Part shown: positions 26,804 to 35,803 of the stretch, one piece after another
Numbering within the stretch: position 1 is the first letter of the stretch
Layout of the letters: every line of letters starts with the position of its first letter
Assembly (NCBI GenBank): GCA_020632015.1
Contig: JACKGI010000001.1
Span: 87,574-151,573, forward strand
Origin: Candidatus Nomurabacteria bacterium
GTDB lineage: Bacteria > Patescibacteriota > Minisyncoccia > Phycocordibacterales > UBA918
Direction: 5' to 3'
DNA: 64,000 nucleotides
Notes under the pieces: generated by a model
The model's database searches: none
Seen by the model: only the letters and a program-made list of their open reading frames with translations
Told to the model about the DNA's origin: nothing
Position numbers and translations under genes: made by a program

Positions 26804-27265
26804 ATGAAGTTTTTGATATTAGAAAACATTCGTAGCGCATATAACGTAGGCGCTATTTTTAGAACCGCAGACGCAACGGGAGTAAAAAAGATTTTTTTGG
26901 TTGGCTATACTCCAACACCCATAGATAGGTTTGGTCGGATGCAAAAAGAAATCAGTAAAACGTCATTGGGGGCTAGTGAAGAAATTGAGTGGGAACATTC
27001 AAATGATGTTGGTGAAGTAATAGAAAAACTAAAAACTGAAAAAATCACGGTCGTTGCTATTGAGCAAACAAAACAATCAGTTTCTCTCGCCACGTTTAAA
27101 GTTCCGGAATCTGTAGCCTACATCATGGGTAATGAAGTGGGCGGAGTTAGTGATGAGGCTTTGGCCCTATCTGATGTTGTAGTTGATTTGCCCATGCTTG
27201 GGCAAAAGGAATCACTAAACGTATCTGTTACAGCGGGAGTAGTTTTGTACCATGGTCTAGTGTAG
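26804..27265 (+). CDS. SpoU/TrmH-family RNA 2'-O-methyltransferase
   Basis: NVGAIFRTADA, GNEVGGVS and SLNVSVTAGVVLY motifs. Start at MKFLILEN (26804). Confidence 0.8.
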   Translation: MKFLILENIRSAYNVGAIFRTADATGVKKIFLVGYTPTPIDRFGRMQKEISKTSLGASEEIEWEHSNDVGEVIEKLKTEKITVVAIEQTKQSVSLATFKVPESVAYIMGNEVGGVSDEALALSDVVVDLPMLGQKESLNVSVTAGVVLYHGLV

Positions 27266-28531
27266 TTCAGACAAAAGTTCTTTTACTACGTCTGCGTCGC
27301 TCCATGTTTCCTTGCTACCATTAGGTCCCATAATATAAGGGTCAGTTCCTTTTCCAGACACAATCACATAACCATTGTTTGGAGCAATAGCAATGGCTGT
27401 TCTGATTGCCTCGCGTCTATTCATAATAATTTGTACTGCGGCATTCTCACTCATTCCTTTCTTCATTTCCTCCACAATCTTCATTGGGTTTTCATCGTAA
27501 GGATCCTCATTGGTGAGAATTATTTGCTCACAGTATTCTTCCGCAATCGCCCCCATTTCTGGACGTTTCCAAGTGTCTCTTCCTCCACCAGTATTGCCCA
27601 AGACACAAATTTTGGGTTTGTCTGGAAACGCTTCATATAGTTGTTTAAGTGAGTCAGGTGTGTGGGCGTAGTCTACTACAGCAGTTACGTGCTTATTGGC
27701 TTCTGGTGCAGATTCAAATCTCTCTACTCGACCACGCAAGGTTGGTAAGTCGCGCAAAGCCTTTTGGATTTTTTCCAAAGAAACACCCAATGCTTTAGCT
27801 AGGGTAATTGCGCCCAAGGCGTTGTAGACATTGAATAAACCAACCAACGGCATTCGAATTGTGGTGTTAGAAAAAACCAGACTAATACTATCTTTCTGTA
27901 GAGAATATAAAGTTAGGTCTTTTAGCGAGTAGGGAAGTTTGTTTTCAACATTAAAGTTTAAGAAATCCTTGCCATGCTCATCGTCAACATTGGCCACCAA
28001 AAAACGTGGTCTCTTAGGAGAATCTTCCACCGCTTTTGCCAATGAAAGCTTTGCTTCTTTGTATTTAGCAAAAGAACCATGAGACTCTATGTGTTCAGGA
28101 GTTAGGTTTGTAAACACCAAAGCATCGATATCTATAAATTTGTGTCTAAACTGCTTGGCCCCTTCAGAGGTCATTTCGATTACCGCGTGAGTACAGCCGG
28201 CATTAACAGCGTCACGAAGGAATTTGTGCACAAAAAAACGCCCAGGCATAGTCATTTTGAACATGTTGCGCTCCTGCTTGCCGTCTATAGTGAATTGGAT
28301 AGTAGATAAAGACGCCACCTTTTTACCGTCAGAACTTAACAAATGAGTAAGGATTTCGGTAGTAGATGATTTTCCTTTGGTGCCAGTTATACCAATCACG
28401 GTAATTTTTTTGGATGGAAAATTATATTTAAGAGCTCCAAGAAAGGCTAGGGTGTAGTGATAATAGGGTTGTAGGAAAGTAAAAACACGCTTAGGTATCA
28501 GTCTTTTTAGTAGCAATCGGGCGGAATCCAT
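27257..28531 (-). CDS. Mur ligase family protein (MurE-like UDP-MurNAc-tripeptide synthetase)
   Basis: GITGTKGKSSTTE ATP-binding motif, with Mur ligase middle and C-terminal domain patterns. ATG at 28531, with TATACT (28540-28545) 8 nt upstream. Confidence 0.75.
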   Translation of the reverse strand: MDSARLLLKRLIPKRVFTFLQPYYHYTLAFLGALKYNFPSKKITVIGITGTKGKSSTTEILTHLLSSDGKKVASLSTIQFTIDGKQERNMFKMTMPGRFFVHKFLRDAVNAGCTHAVIEMTSEGAKQFRHKFIDIDALVFTNLTPEHIESHGSFAKYKEAKLSLAKAVEDSPKRPRFLVANVDDEHGKDFLNFNVENKLPYSLKDLTLYSLQKDSISLVFSNTTIRMPLVGLFNVYNALGAITLAKALGVSLEKIQKALRDLPTLRGRVERFESAPEANKHVTAVVDYAHTPDSLKQLYEAFPDKPKICVLGNTGGGRDTWKRPEMGAIAEEYCEQIILTNEDPYDENPMKIVEEMKKGMSENAAVQIIMNRREAIRTAIAIAPNNGYVIVSGKGTDPYIMGPNGSKETWSDADVVKELLSELH

Positions 28532-28566
28532 ATATGGTAAGTATATGATGTATTCCGCCCGATTGC
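28513..28566. promoter_or_regulatory. 15-bp perfect inverted repeat bracketing the Mur-ligase start and -10
   Basis: Arms gcaatcgggcggaat (28513-28527) and attccgcccgattgc (28552-28566), with a 24-nt spacer. Confidence 0.45.
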
Positions 28567-28597
28567 ACGCAAGCAATAATCTGGTGGTGTATTATTC

Positions 28598-30142
28598 ATG
28601 GTGAGTATGTCCATCCCGAAGCTAAAAAAAGTGTTTGTTGGTATATTGCAGAACAACACCGTGTTGATTTCTTTAAGTGGTTTTTTGTTGGGCCTTAGTC
28701 ACCTTCACGAGAATGTTTGGTTCCTCTCATTATTTGGCTTGGTTCCTTTTCTATATGTTGTAAATAGTAAAAATTTTCAACAACAATCAGTCGGGAAAAT
28801 TTTTTTAAACGGATGGTTATTTGGTCTAATATTTATTGGGATTGCCATAGTTTGGTTTTGGGGAGCTTATCCATTGAATTGGATTTTAGACAGTAAACAA
28901 ACCGCAGTATTTGTGGTTTTTGTTGTATGGATGGTAACGGTCGCAGCGCTGTCTGTGATTTTTGGTTACCTGACTATCTTTGCTTCGTGGTGCGCCAGGT
29001 TTAATCTTTGGCAATTGTTAGTAATACCCGCGGTTTGGGTTTTGTCTGAGTACCTTCGAATGTGGCTTTTTGCCATACTTACCATTGCTGAACCATCGCT
29101 CTTTGGACCACATTTTTCGTTTGGATTTCTTGGCTATACACTAGCGTCAAATAATTTTCTTTTACAGTTTGCTGATTTTGGCGGTGTCTATACCCTTAGT
29201 TTCATTGCTGTTTATATCAATGTGGCTATTTATCTCTTGTTCAAAAAAACCAAACAAAAAAAGAAAAGAAACTCATTTGGTATCGGTATTTTCTGTGTAT
29301 TCTTGATGGTCGCCCACTTAGCAAGTGAACAAATATTTACTGCAATAGAAAAAAGAAGTGAAAGTTCTGAGATTAAAGTAGCGCTTTTAAATACTTACTT
29401 TCTAAGGAAGGGCGAGGAGGGAGCTTTGGGTGTTAGAGAAAAATATGAAGTTTATAAGAACCTTCTACAAGAAAACCAATCTCGTATATCCGATGTAGAT
29501 ATAATCGTCTTTCCTGAGTCAGCTAATTTTATCGAAAAGGCACTTGTGTCGGGACAGTTAGAAAATCTTGGCCTAGCAACCACAACCATTGTAGTAGACT
29601 CAAAGGTCAGATTTTCTTCAGAAGGCAAAGATAGATCAACTGAATCAGTTTACTACTACACAAAAGAAGGGGGAATGGATTTTGTTTATGACAAACAGTT
29701 CTTGACTCCGGTAGGAGAATATAATCCAAATATACTAGACAAATTCTTGAGTTTGGTAGAGGAGAATAATGAAAAACCCCCACGGTTTTTGTATCAAAAG
29801 GGGCCTATCGCAAAACCGATAGTTCGCGACGATAGAATTCGTACGGTTTCGCTTTTGTGTTCAGAAATTGCTTCACCATATTTCTACAAAAATGCTGTGA
29901 AAGAAAATGAGGTTGATTTATTGATAAACCTCTCTTCGCACGCTTATACTGGTCGTTCACCAATTTTGTTTAGTCAGGTAATTAATATGGCTAAGGTCCA
30001 CGCTGTTCAAAACCGCAAGCCATTTATTCAAGCCACAAACGCAGCTCCTTCCTTTGTGGTCAATAAGTATGGAATATTGGTGGCCGAATCTGCTCGTGGG
30101 GAAGAGTCAATGCTGATTTCATATATAAAAATAGGAATATAA
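28598..30142 (+). CDS. lnt: apolipoprotein N-acyltransferase-like (Lnt)
   Basis: N-terminal polytopic membrane domain plus a C-terminal carbon-nitrogen hydrolase-like domain (VFPESA Glu, LLCSEIA Cys). Confidence 0.65.
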   Translation: MVSMSIPKLKKVFVGILQNNTVLISLSGFLLGLSHLHENVWFLSLFGLVPFLYVVNSKNFQQQSVGKIFLNGWLFGLIFIGIAIVWFWGAYPLNWILDSKQTAVFVVFVVWMVTVAALSVIFGYLTIFASWCARFNLWQLLVIPAVWVLSEYLRMWLFAILTIAEPSLFGPHFSFGFLGYTLASNNFLLQFADFGGVYTLSFIAVYINVAIYLLFKKTKQKKKRNSFGIGIFCVFLMVAHLASEQIFTAIEKRSESSEIKVALLNTYFLRKGEEGALGVREKYEVYKNLLQENQSRISDVDIIVFPESANFIEKALVSGQLENLGLATTTIVVDSKVRFSSEGKDRSTESVYYYTKEGGMDFVYDKQFLTPVGEYNPNILDKFLSLVEENNEKPPRFLYQKGPIAKPIVRDDRIRTVSLLCSEIASPYFYKNAVKENEVDLLINLSSHAYTGRSPILFSQVINMAKVHAVQNRKPFIQATNAAPSFVVNKYGILVAESARGEESMLISYIKIGI

Positions 30143-30308
30143 GCTTTATTTGCACCAAACCAGCCTCGCCTTCTTTTGCACATATTCTGGTTAAAACAGC
30201 TTCGCCAAACAAAACAAGTTGTATAATGATAAGTAATACAAATTATTGATAGTTAAGACCTTCATATATTATTAGGTGACTATTTTTACTAGAATTAATA
30301 CAAAAAAC

Positions 30309-30926
30309 ATGGATGAGCAAGAAAAAGAAGTGTTCGACCAAGGGCAAGCAGATGGTTTGGATGGAGGAGTTACTGTAGATAATTCCACACCCACAAAAAA
30401 TCCCTTCTCACTAACATCGATTGTTCTGATTTTCGTTGTTGTTGGTTTAATTCTGTTTACTTACATCAAGTTGTCTACAGACAAAACAAATCAAGTAGAT
30501 GTCTTGCCACAGACAGAGGATGCTGAGGTTGAAGAAATTATAAACTACCAACTTAGTGAAGAGGAAAACGAAGTATATTCCAGGGTAAAAAACTTAGATC
30601 AAACCGTTCTATCAATTATGGACTTTGACCACAATGGCGTTTATTTCGTCGATGGTGCAAATTTCTTAACTTTATATATGGAGACGGAAGAGGGTGCTTG
30701 CATAGATGAGTGTCTTGTCGGAATGATTCCTTACACAACAAAAAATGAATATGTGGCACCACAAGAAGTAGGTGATAATAACATCGGAACTGTTTTGGAC
30801 GAGCAGACAGGTTTATATCAATACACATGGAGCGGAAAGAAGCTTTATCACTATGAAGGTGATAAAGAAGCTGGTTCTTTATTGGGAGATGGTCACAATA
30901 TGGCCTTTACTTTAGCAAGACCGTAA
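30309..30926 (+). CDS. membrane-anchored protein with COG4315-like secreted repeat (Lipoprotein_15-type)
   Basis: TM helix IVLIFVVVGLILFTYI. C-terminus LYQYTWSGKKLYHYEGDKEAGSLLGDG fits the repeat pattern. ATG at 30309 is preferred to the GTG at 30276. Confidence 0.5.
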   Translation: MDEQEKEVFDQGQADGLDGGVTVDNSTPTKNPFSLTSIVLIFVVVGLILFTYIKLSTDKTNQVDVLPQTEDAEVEEIINYQLSEEENEVYSRVKNLDQTVLSIMDFDHNGVYFVDGANFLTLYMETEEGACIDECLVGMIPYTTKNEYVAPQEVGDNNIGTVLDEQTGLYQYTWSGKKLYHYEGDKEAGSLLGDGHNMAFTLARP

Positions 30927-30936
30927 ATACAAATAT

Positions 30937-33900
30937 ATGAAAAAAATTCTAAACCCTGTTAAATATTTTTTAAGTTTTGCTCTAGTTTTACTTACTGTCT
31001 TTTGTGTCTCTTCACTTGTTGCGTTTGCTGGTGAACCAGAGCCTGAACCAGAGCCTGGAAAAGGGGGTGGAGGTACGCCACCTGTGCCAACTGTTACGAG
31101 CTCATGGAGTCCTCAGACAGTAGAGCTTGGAACCCCACAAACCTATTCTTGGTCATCAACCGATGCTGACAGTTGTGTCAGTGGTAATGGTACTCCTCGG
31201 TCTACATCTGGTTCGATTAATCAGACTAAGGCTACTGTTGGTTCTGAAACATCAACCATCACCTGTACTGGGCCAGGAGGCTCTAAGACTAGTAGCGCTT
31301 CACGTAATGTTACTCCAACTACCAACCCTGCCATTGCTACCAGTCCGTCAACTCTTACTTTTGGTGATGTCGAACAAGGTAAGTCAAAGTCTTTGAATTT
31401 CTCTGTTAGGAATACAGGTACTGGTTCTGTAACCGGTCGAATTGGATCACCCGGACAATTTCAATGTTCTGGTGGAGCGTGCGGTGGCTTTAATATCCCA
31501 GAAGGGGGTTCAGTCTCAGCGACTATTGTATTTACTCCCGACCGAGTTGACGACTTCCTTCAAAACGTAACTGTGGTTTGTAATGAATGTTCGAACGCCT
31601 CAGTGCAGGTGACAGGAAGGGGGGTTGTTGCTCTTGGTAATCCGATGTTGGTATTGATGTCTAGAGGAGGCTTTTGGGATTTTGGAGCCACTACTAGAAT
31701 CTACCAAGCAATCATAAGAAACGGTGGAGACACAGAAGTTGATTATAGTACTTCAGGTAACGGTGACTTCCAGTGTCACAGCAATTGTTCTGGTACTTTA
31801 GCTATTGGGCAAGAGAGAACTGTTTATATAGAAAGAAATCCTTTTTCGTGTATCTTTGGGAATACGGGTTCTATCTCAGGCACAATCACTATTACCGGTA
31901 GTTACTTGGCCGTAAGTCCGGCCTACAACAACCCGATCACCTTTGGTGTTTCTGGTGCGTGTGGTGGCGGTGGTGGCGGTGGAGGCGGAGGAACAAACGG
32001 AGTTTGTGGTTCTTCAGATGGAGGGACATTCGCTTCAATGCCAGCTTCAAACCGATGTACTACTGGTACTTACTCCGGAACAGACACTAGCGGTGCCGAC
32101 GGAGCGTTCAATTGGAACTGTGCTGGTTCAGGGGGAGGAACCACAGCTTATTGTTCGGCTACAAACAGTTCAGTACCACCCCCTCCGCCAAGCGCCACTA
32201 TCCCAACAGTTATTAATCCAACCAATACTAATGTGACGGAGACCACCGCTACTCTAGGAGCTAGAATTAGTTCAAACGGAGGCTCTACTATCACTGCTCG
32301 TGGTACTTGTTGGTCAACTACCAATACCACACCAAGTCTAGGACAAAACTGTAGTACCGGTGGAACCGCTACTGGAGTCTTTACTCACAACAGAACTGGA
32401 TTGCCAGCCGGAACCACTATCTACTATCGAGGATATGCAACCAATGGTGTTGGTACTGGTTACTCCGCTGGAGCTAGTTTTACTACTTCAGTTTCTGTAC
32501 CAAACACCGCTCCATCAGCAAACGCTGGAAGTGATAGGAATATAGTTACACCAACAAACTCTGCTACTCCAAATGGAGCTAGCGCCAATGACTCTGACGG
32601 AACAATCGCATCGACAGTCTGGAGTAAGGTCAGCGGACCGTCGGGGGGCAACATAACTAATGGAACAACCTTAAATCCAACATTCAACGGAATGAATACA
32701 GTTGGTACATATGTGTTTAGACTGACTGTGACAGATAATGACGGAGCAACAGATACTGATGATATGCGAGTTGTGGTTTCTGCTTCTGCTATCAACACCG
32801 CTCCATCAGCAAACGCTGGAAGTGATAGGAATATAGTTACACCAACAAACTCTGCTACTCCAAATGGAGCTAGCGCCAATGACTCTGACGGAACAATCGC
32901 ATCGACAGTCTGGAGTAAGGTCAGCGGACCGTCGGGGGGCAACATAACTAATGGAACAACCTTAAATCCAACATTCAACGGAATGAATACAGTTGGTACA
33001 TATGTGTTTAGACTGACTGTGACAGATAATGACGGAGCAACAGATACTGATGATATGCGAGTTGTGGTTTCTGCTTCTGCTCCAGTTTCTGTTCCAACAG
33101 TTATCAATCCAACTAATACAAGCGTTACTGATACTACTGCTACTCTGGGAGCGACTGTTAGTTCAGATGGGGGTTCGGCTGTCACAGCTAGAGGGACTTG
33201 CTGGGCGACCTCACCAAACCCAACTACTAATTGTAGTAGTGCTGGAGGTACCGGAGTAGGTTCTCCATTCACACATAATCGAACTGGACTACCAGCCGGA
33301 ACAACCGTTTATTACAGGGGTTATGCAGACAATGCTAATGGAAGGGGATATTCTGTCGATGGAAGTTTTGTTACATCGGCTGCTCCTCAACCTAACCTAA
33401 CTTCTCAAAATCTCAGTTACACAGGAACTGTTCAAGAAGGGCAGACAATAAACCTAACAGCCAGAGCTAGAAATAATGGTGCGGCAGGTACTGGGTCAGG
33501 ATTTAGCGACAGATTTGAGTATCGTTACGGTGGTGCAGCAGGAGATTACTCAGGATTTGCTGGTAATACAATTAAAACTGAAGCGAATGGTGCACTTGGC
33601 GCAAGTAGCAACAACTCTGACTCGGCCTCATACACCATTCCAGTCGGAACAGCAGGACAAGAGCTTTTTATCCTCCACTGTGTTGACGTTAATAACAATG
33701 TGCCTGAGGCAGACGAATCAGTCTCGGACAACTGTTCTCTACCAATGAGCCTTAACTCTGTGGCAGTAGCTCCAGTTGATTTGGAAATTAGTAAACCACC
33801 ACTTGTGGTGAATGAAACAACCGCTTCCATCGTTAATAATGGAATTGATGGGACATACAACAATGTTCCAGTACGATTCACCATTAATAATCTTGGGACA

Positions 33901-34479
33901 GGTCCGTTGCCAGCCAATAGTTCTGTGCCGTATAAGGCAATTGTAGACGGAACCAAAGAATCAGCGCTCGATCTCTTTAATGATGCTCTAGCAGCAGCAC
34001 CGGTACCAGCAAGTAAGTCTGGCACCAAAACATTAAGAGTAGATAATATAATGTTTGGTGACCATAATGCGTGTGCCAGAGTTAACTTAGATGGTTCTAC
34101 TTATCCAGAAAGCCCAACGAATCTCGCAAACAATGAGAAATGTACAGATTTCACCTTACCAGTTCCAGAGCCGCCGATGGATATTTCTGCTGATGACCAA
34201 TTCCTTCGTTCTGGTGAGGCAACAGTAGTTAGGTGGAATGTACATACTGCCTATAACTTAAGTTGTAACGTCAGTGGACCAGGAATAAACTCAAACTTCG
34301 ATGCCTCAGCGAACCATCCTTCAGCAGTATCAACACAATCAAACACACCAGTGTTAAGTAGTACAAGTGAGTATGTGCTCACCTGTACAGCACCTGCAGG
34401 AGAGACCTTCCCTGATGGCTCTACAACTATTAGACGAACACAAACTATTGAAGTAATACCAGATTACGAAGAACAGTAG
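30937..34479 (+). CDS. giant secreted/surface protein (Ig-like, PKD x2, FN3-like x2, CARDB-like domains)
   Basis: 1180 aa. N-terminal signal/anchor, Gly9 tract, GVCGSS...W.W.C motif, duplicated PKD-like unit. The C-terminal ~350 aa is paralogous to 35804-38185. Ends in IEVIPDYEEQ. Confidence 0.7.
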   Translation: MKKILNPVKYFLSFALVLLTVFCVSSLVAFAGEPEPEPEPGKGGGGTPPVPTVTSSWSPQTVELGTPQTYSWSSTDADSCVSGNGTPRSTSGSINQTKATVGSETSTITCTGPGGSKTSSASRNVTPTTNPAIATSPSTLTFGDVEQGKSKSLNFSVRNTGTGSVTGRIGSPGQFQCSGGACGGFNIPEGGSVSATIVFTPDRVDDFLQNVTVVCNECSNASVQVTGRGVVALGNPMLVLMSRGGFWDFGATTRIYQAIIRNGGDTEVDYSTSGNGDFQCHSNCSGTLAIGQERTVYIERNPFSCIFGNTGSISGTITITGSYLAVSPAYNNPITFGVSGACGGGGGGGGGGTNGVCGSSDGGTFASMPASNRCTTGTYSGTDTSGADGAFNWNCAGSGGGTTAYCSATNSSVPPPPPSATIPTVINPTNTNVTETTATLGARISSNGGSTITARGTCWSTTNTTPSLGQNCSTGGTATGVFTHNRTGLPAGTTIYYRGYATNGVGTGYSAGASFTTSVSVPNTAPSANAGSDRNIVTPTNSATPNGASANDSDGTIASTVWSKVSGPSGGNITNGTTLNPTFNGMNTVGTYVFRLTVTDNDGATDTDDMRVVVSASAINTAPSANAGSDRNIVTPTNSATPNGASANDSDGTIASTVWSKVSGPSGGNITNGTTLNPTFNGMNTVGTYVFRLTVTDNDGATDTDDMRVVVSASAPVSVPTVINPTNTSVTDTTATLGATVSSDGGSAVTARGTCWATSPNPTTNCSSAGGTGVGSPFTHNRTGLPAGTTVYYRGYADNANGRGYSVDGSFVTSAAPQPNLTSQNLSYTGTVQEGQTINLTARARNNGAAGTGSGFSDRFEYRYGGAAGDYSGFAGNTIKTEANGALGASSNNSDSASYTIPVGTAGQELFILHCVDVNNNVPEADESVSDNCSLPMSLNSVAVAPVDLEISKPPLVVNETTASIVNNGIDGTYNNVPVRFTINNLGTGPLPANSSVPYKAIVDGTKESALDLFNDALAAAPVPASKSGTKTLRVDNIMFGDHNACARVNLDGSTYPESPTNLANNEKCTDFTLPVPEPPMDISADDQFLRSGEATVVRWNVHTAYNLSCNVSGPGINSNFDASANHPSAVSTQSNTPVLSSTSEYVLTCTAPAGETFPDGSTTIRRTQTIEVIPDYEEQ
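32503..33081 (+). repeat. perfect tandem duplication, period 291 bp (one PKD-like domain)
   Basis: 32503-32790 matches 32794-33081 by eye with no mismatch. It encodes NTAPSANAGSDRNIV...DDMRVVVSASA twice. Confidence 0.9.
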
Positions 34480-34488
34480 AAAGATATT

Positions 34489-34520
34489 AAAAAGGCCGGC
34501 GCCAAGGCGCCGGCCTTTTT
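34489..34520 (+). terminator. rho-independent terminator
   Basis: aaaaaggccggcgccaaggcgccggccttttt. Confidence 0.8.
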
Positions 34521-34602
34521 AATATCAACAAAAGAAAAGAATTATCTAAATATTTTCTTCCTCAAGGGTGTACTATTATAAATAAGAAATAATTATTTAA
34601 GT

Positions 34603-35136
34603 ATGGACGAAGAAGTAAATATAAATCAAGAAGCATTTCAACCTTCAAACAGACATGGGTATTTACAACCAGTTGTGGTCATTTCCACAGTTGTGTTTCT
34701 TGTCGCCACTACATTTATAGTGTGGAAAACAAACGGTCTCCTTAACTGGCAATTAAATATTGATGACGAGAAGACTGTTTCTTTGGCAGAACAGTTCTTT
34801 ATTGAAAATTATGAGGGACAGTTTGATGATGAAACAAAAGCAGAAGTGATGGCGATATTAGAAAAGCGAGTTGCTGAGAACGGCGATCCTTCTATTCCAA
34901 CCATAGAAGAGCAGGCTAGATTTGAAGAATTTGCAAAAAAGGATATTCGTGAAATGGACATAGCGAGTGACCCAGAGGTGCAAGAAATGATTGAAAAGCG
35001 AGTTGCTGAGAATGGCGACCCTTCTATTCCAACCATAGAAGAGAACGCCGAATGGGAAAGGTTGGTTGAAGAGTTAAAATTAGAAACTGGGATTGAATTT
35101 AGTGTCGCAACCGAGACCGAGGAAGAAGTAGAGTAA
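34603..35136 (+). CDS. membrane-anchored acidic protein with internal 44-aa repeat
   Basis: TM helix VVVISTVVFLVATTFIVW. EKRVAENGDPSIPTIEE occurs twice, with the DNA repeat at 34861 and 34993. Confidence 0.5.
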   Translation: MDEEVNINQEAFQPSNRHGYLQPVVVISTVVFLVATTFIVWKTNGLLNWQLNIDDEKTVSLAEQFFIENYEGQFDDETKAEVMAILEKRVAENGDPSIPTIEEQARFEEFAKKDIREMDIASDPEVQEMIEKRVAENGDPSIPTIEENAEWERLVEELKLETGIEFSVATETEEEVE

Positions 35137-35160
35137 TTTATTGTTTATAATTTTATAAAT

Positions 35161-35748
35161 ATGAAAAAAAGTATCAACAAATCAATATTAGATAGCCTAA
35201 AAGTTTTTGCGATGGCTAGTATTTTATCCATCAGTACCATGTATGCTTACGCGGCTTGGACTAATCCACCAGCTAGCCCACCAAGCGGTAATACTCCAAC
35301 TCCCTTAAATGTGGGAGCAGTAGACCAAACCAAAGCCGGATCTATTCGCAGTACCAGTGGTCTAATTACGGATGGTGGTCTGTGGGTTACTGGTGGAGCT
35401 TTAATTGGCGGAAATACTGGCATAGGTGGAGAGCTTACTGTGACTAATGGAAAGGGGATTACTCTTGGTGGCGTAAGAAGAACTACTTGGCCGGACGGAG
35501 GTGGGGCAACTGATGTAGTTACTGTTCAGGGTAATTTAGTGACTAACGATAATCCTGGAGAGGTGGCGGCATCAACTGCAACTTGTCCAGCAGGTAAGCA
35601 GGTTGTTGGCGGTGGTTATGCTTTTGGGGGTAATGCTTGTGGTGATTCGCAAAGAAGGTTCCAGAGGGCTAGTCAACCAGTAGGAGATACCCAGTGGATG
35701 GTAATTGTGGAGTGTTCTACTGTTAGAGCGATTGCAAGGTGTATATAA
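35161..35748 (+). CDS. secreted Gly-rich protein
   Basis: Signal/anchor, then AWTNPPASPPSGNTPTPLNVGAVDQTKAGSI. I recall this N-terminal motif from many CPR hypotheticals. TATAAT lies 9 nt before the ATG. Confidence 0.55.
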   Translation: MKKSINKSILDSLKVFAMASILSISTMYAYAAWTNPPASPPSGNTPTPLNVGAVDQTKAGSIRSTSGLITDGGLWVTGGALIGGNTGIGGELTVTNGKGITLGGVRRTTWPDGGGATDVVTVQGNLVTNDNPGEVAASTATCPAGKQVVGGGYAFGGNACGDSQRRFQRASQPVGDTQWMVIVECSTVRAIARCI

Positions 35749-35803
35749 TCACCCACAATGTTAAGTGGAAGATAATGAATTATAAAAGTAAATAATCAAC
35801 AAT

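Noticed and set aside
32460-33272. 270-aa ORF on the minus strand inside the giant surface-protein gene, plus several 60-160-aa ORFs in other frames of 30937-38185.
   Set aside because: It is antisense to a long, well-supported ORF with recognisable domains. Its length is explained by the duplicated stop-poor repeat, and it has no start context or motif of its own.
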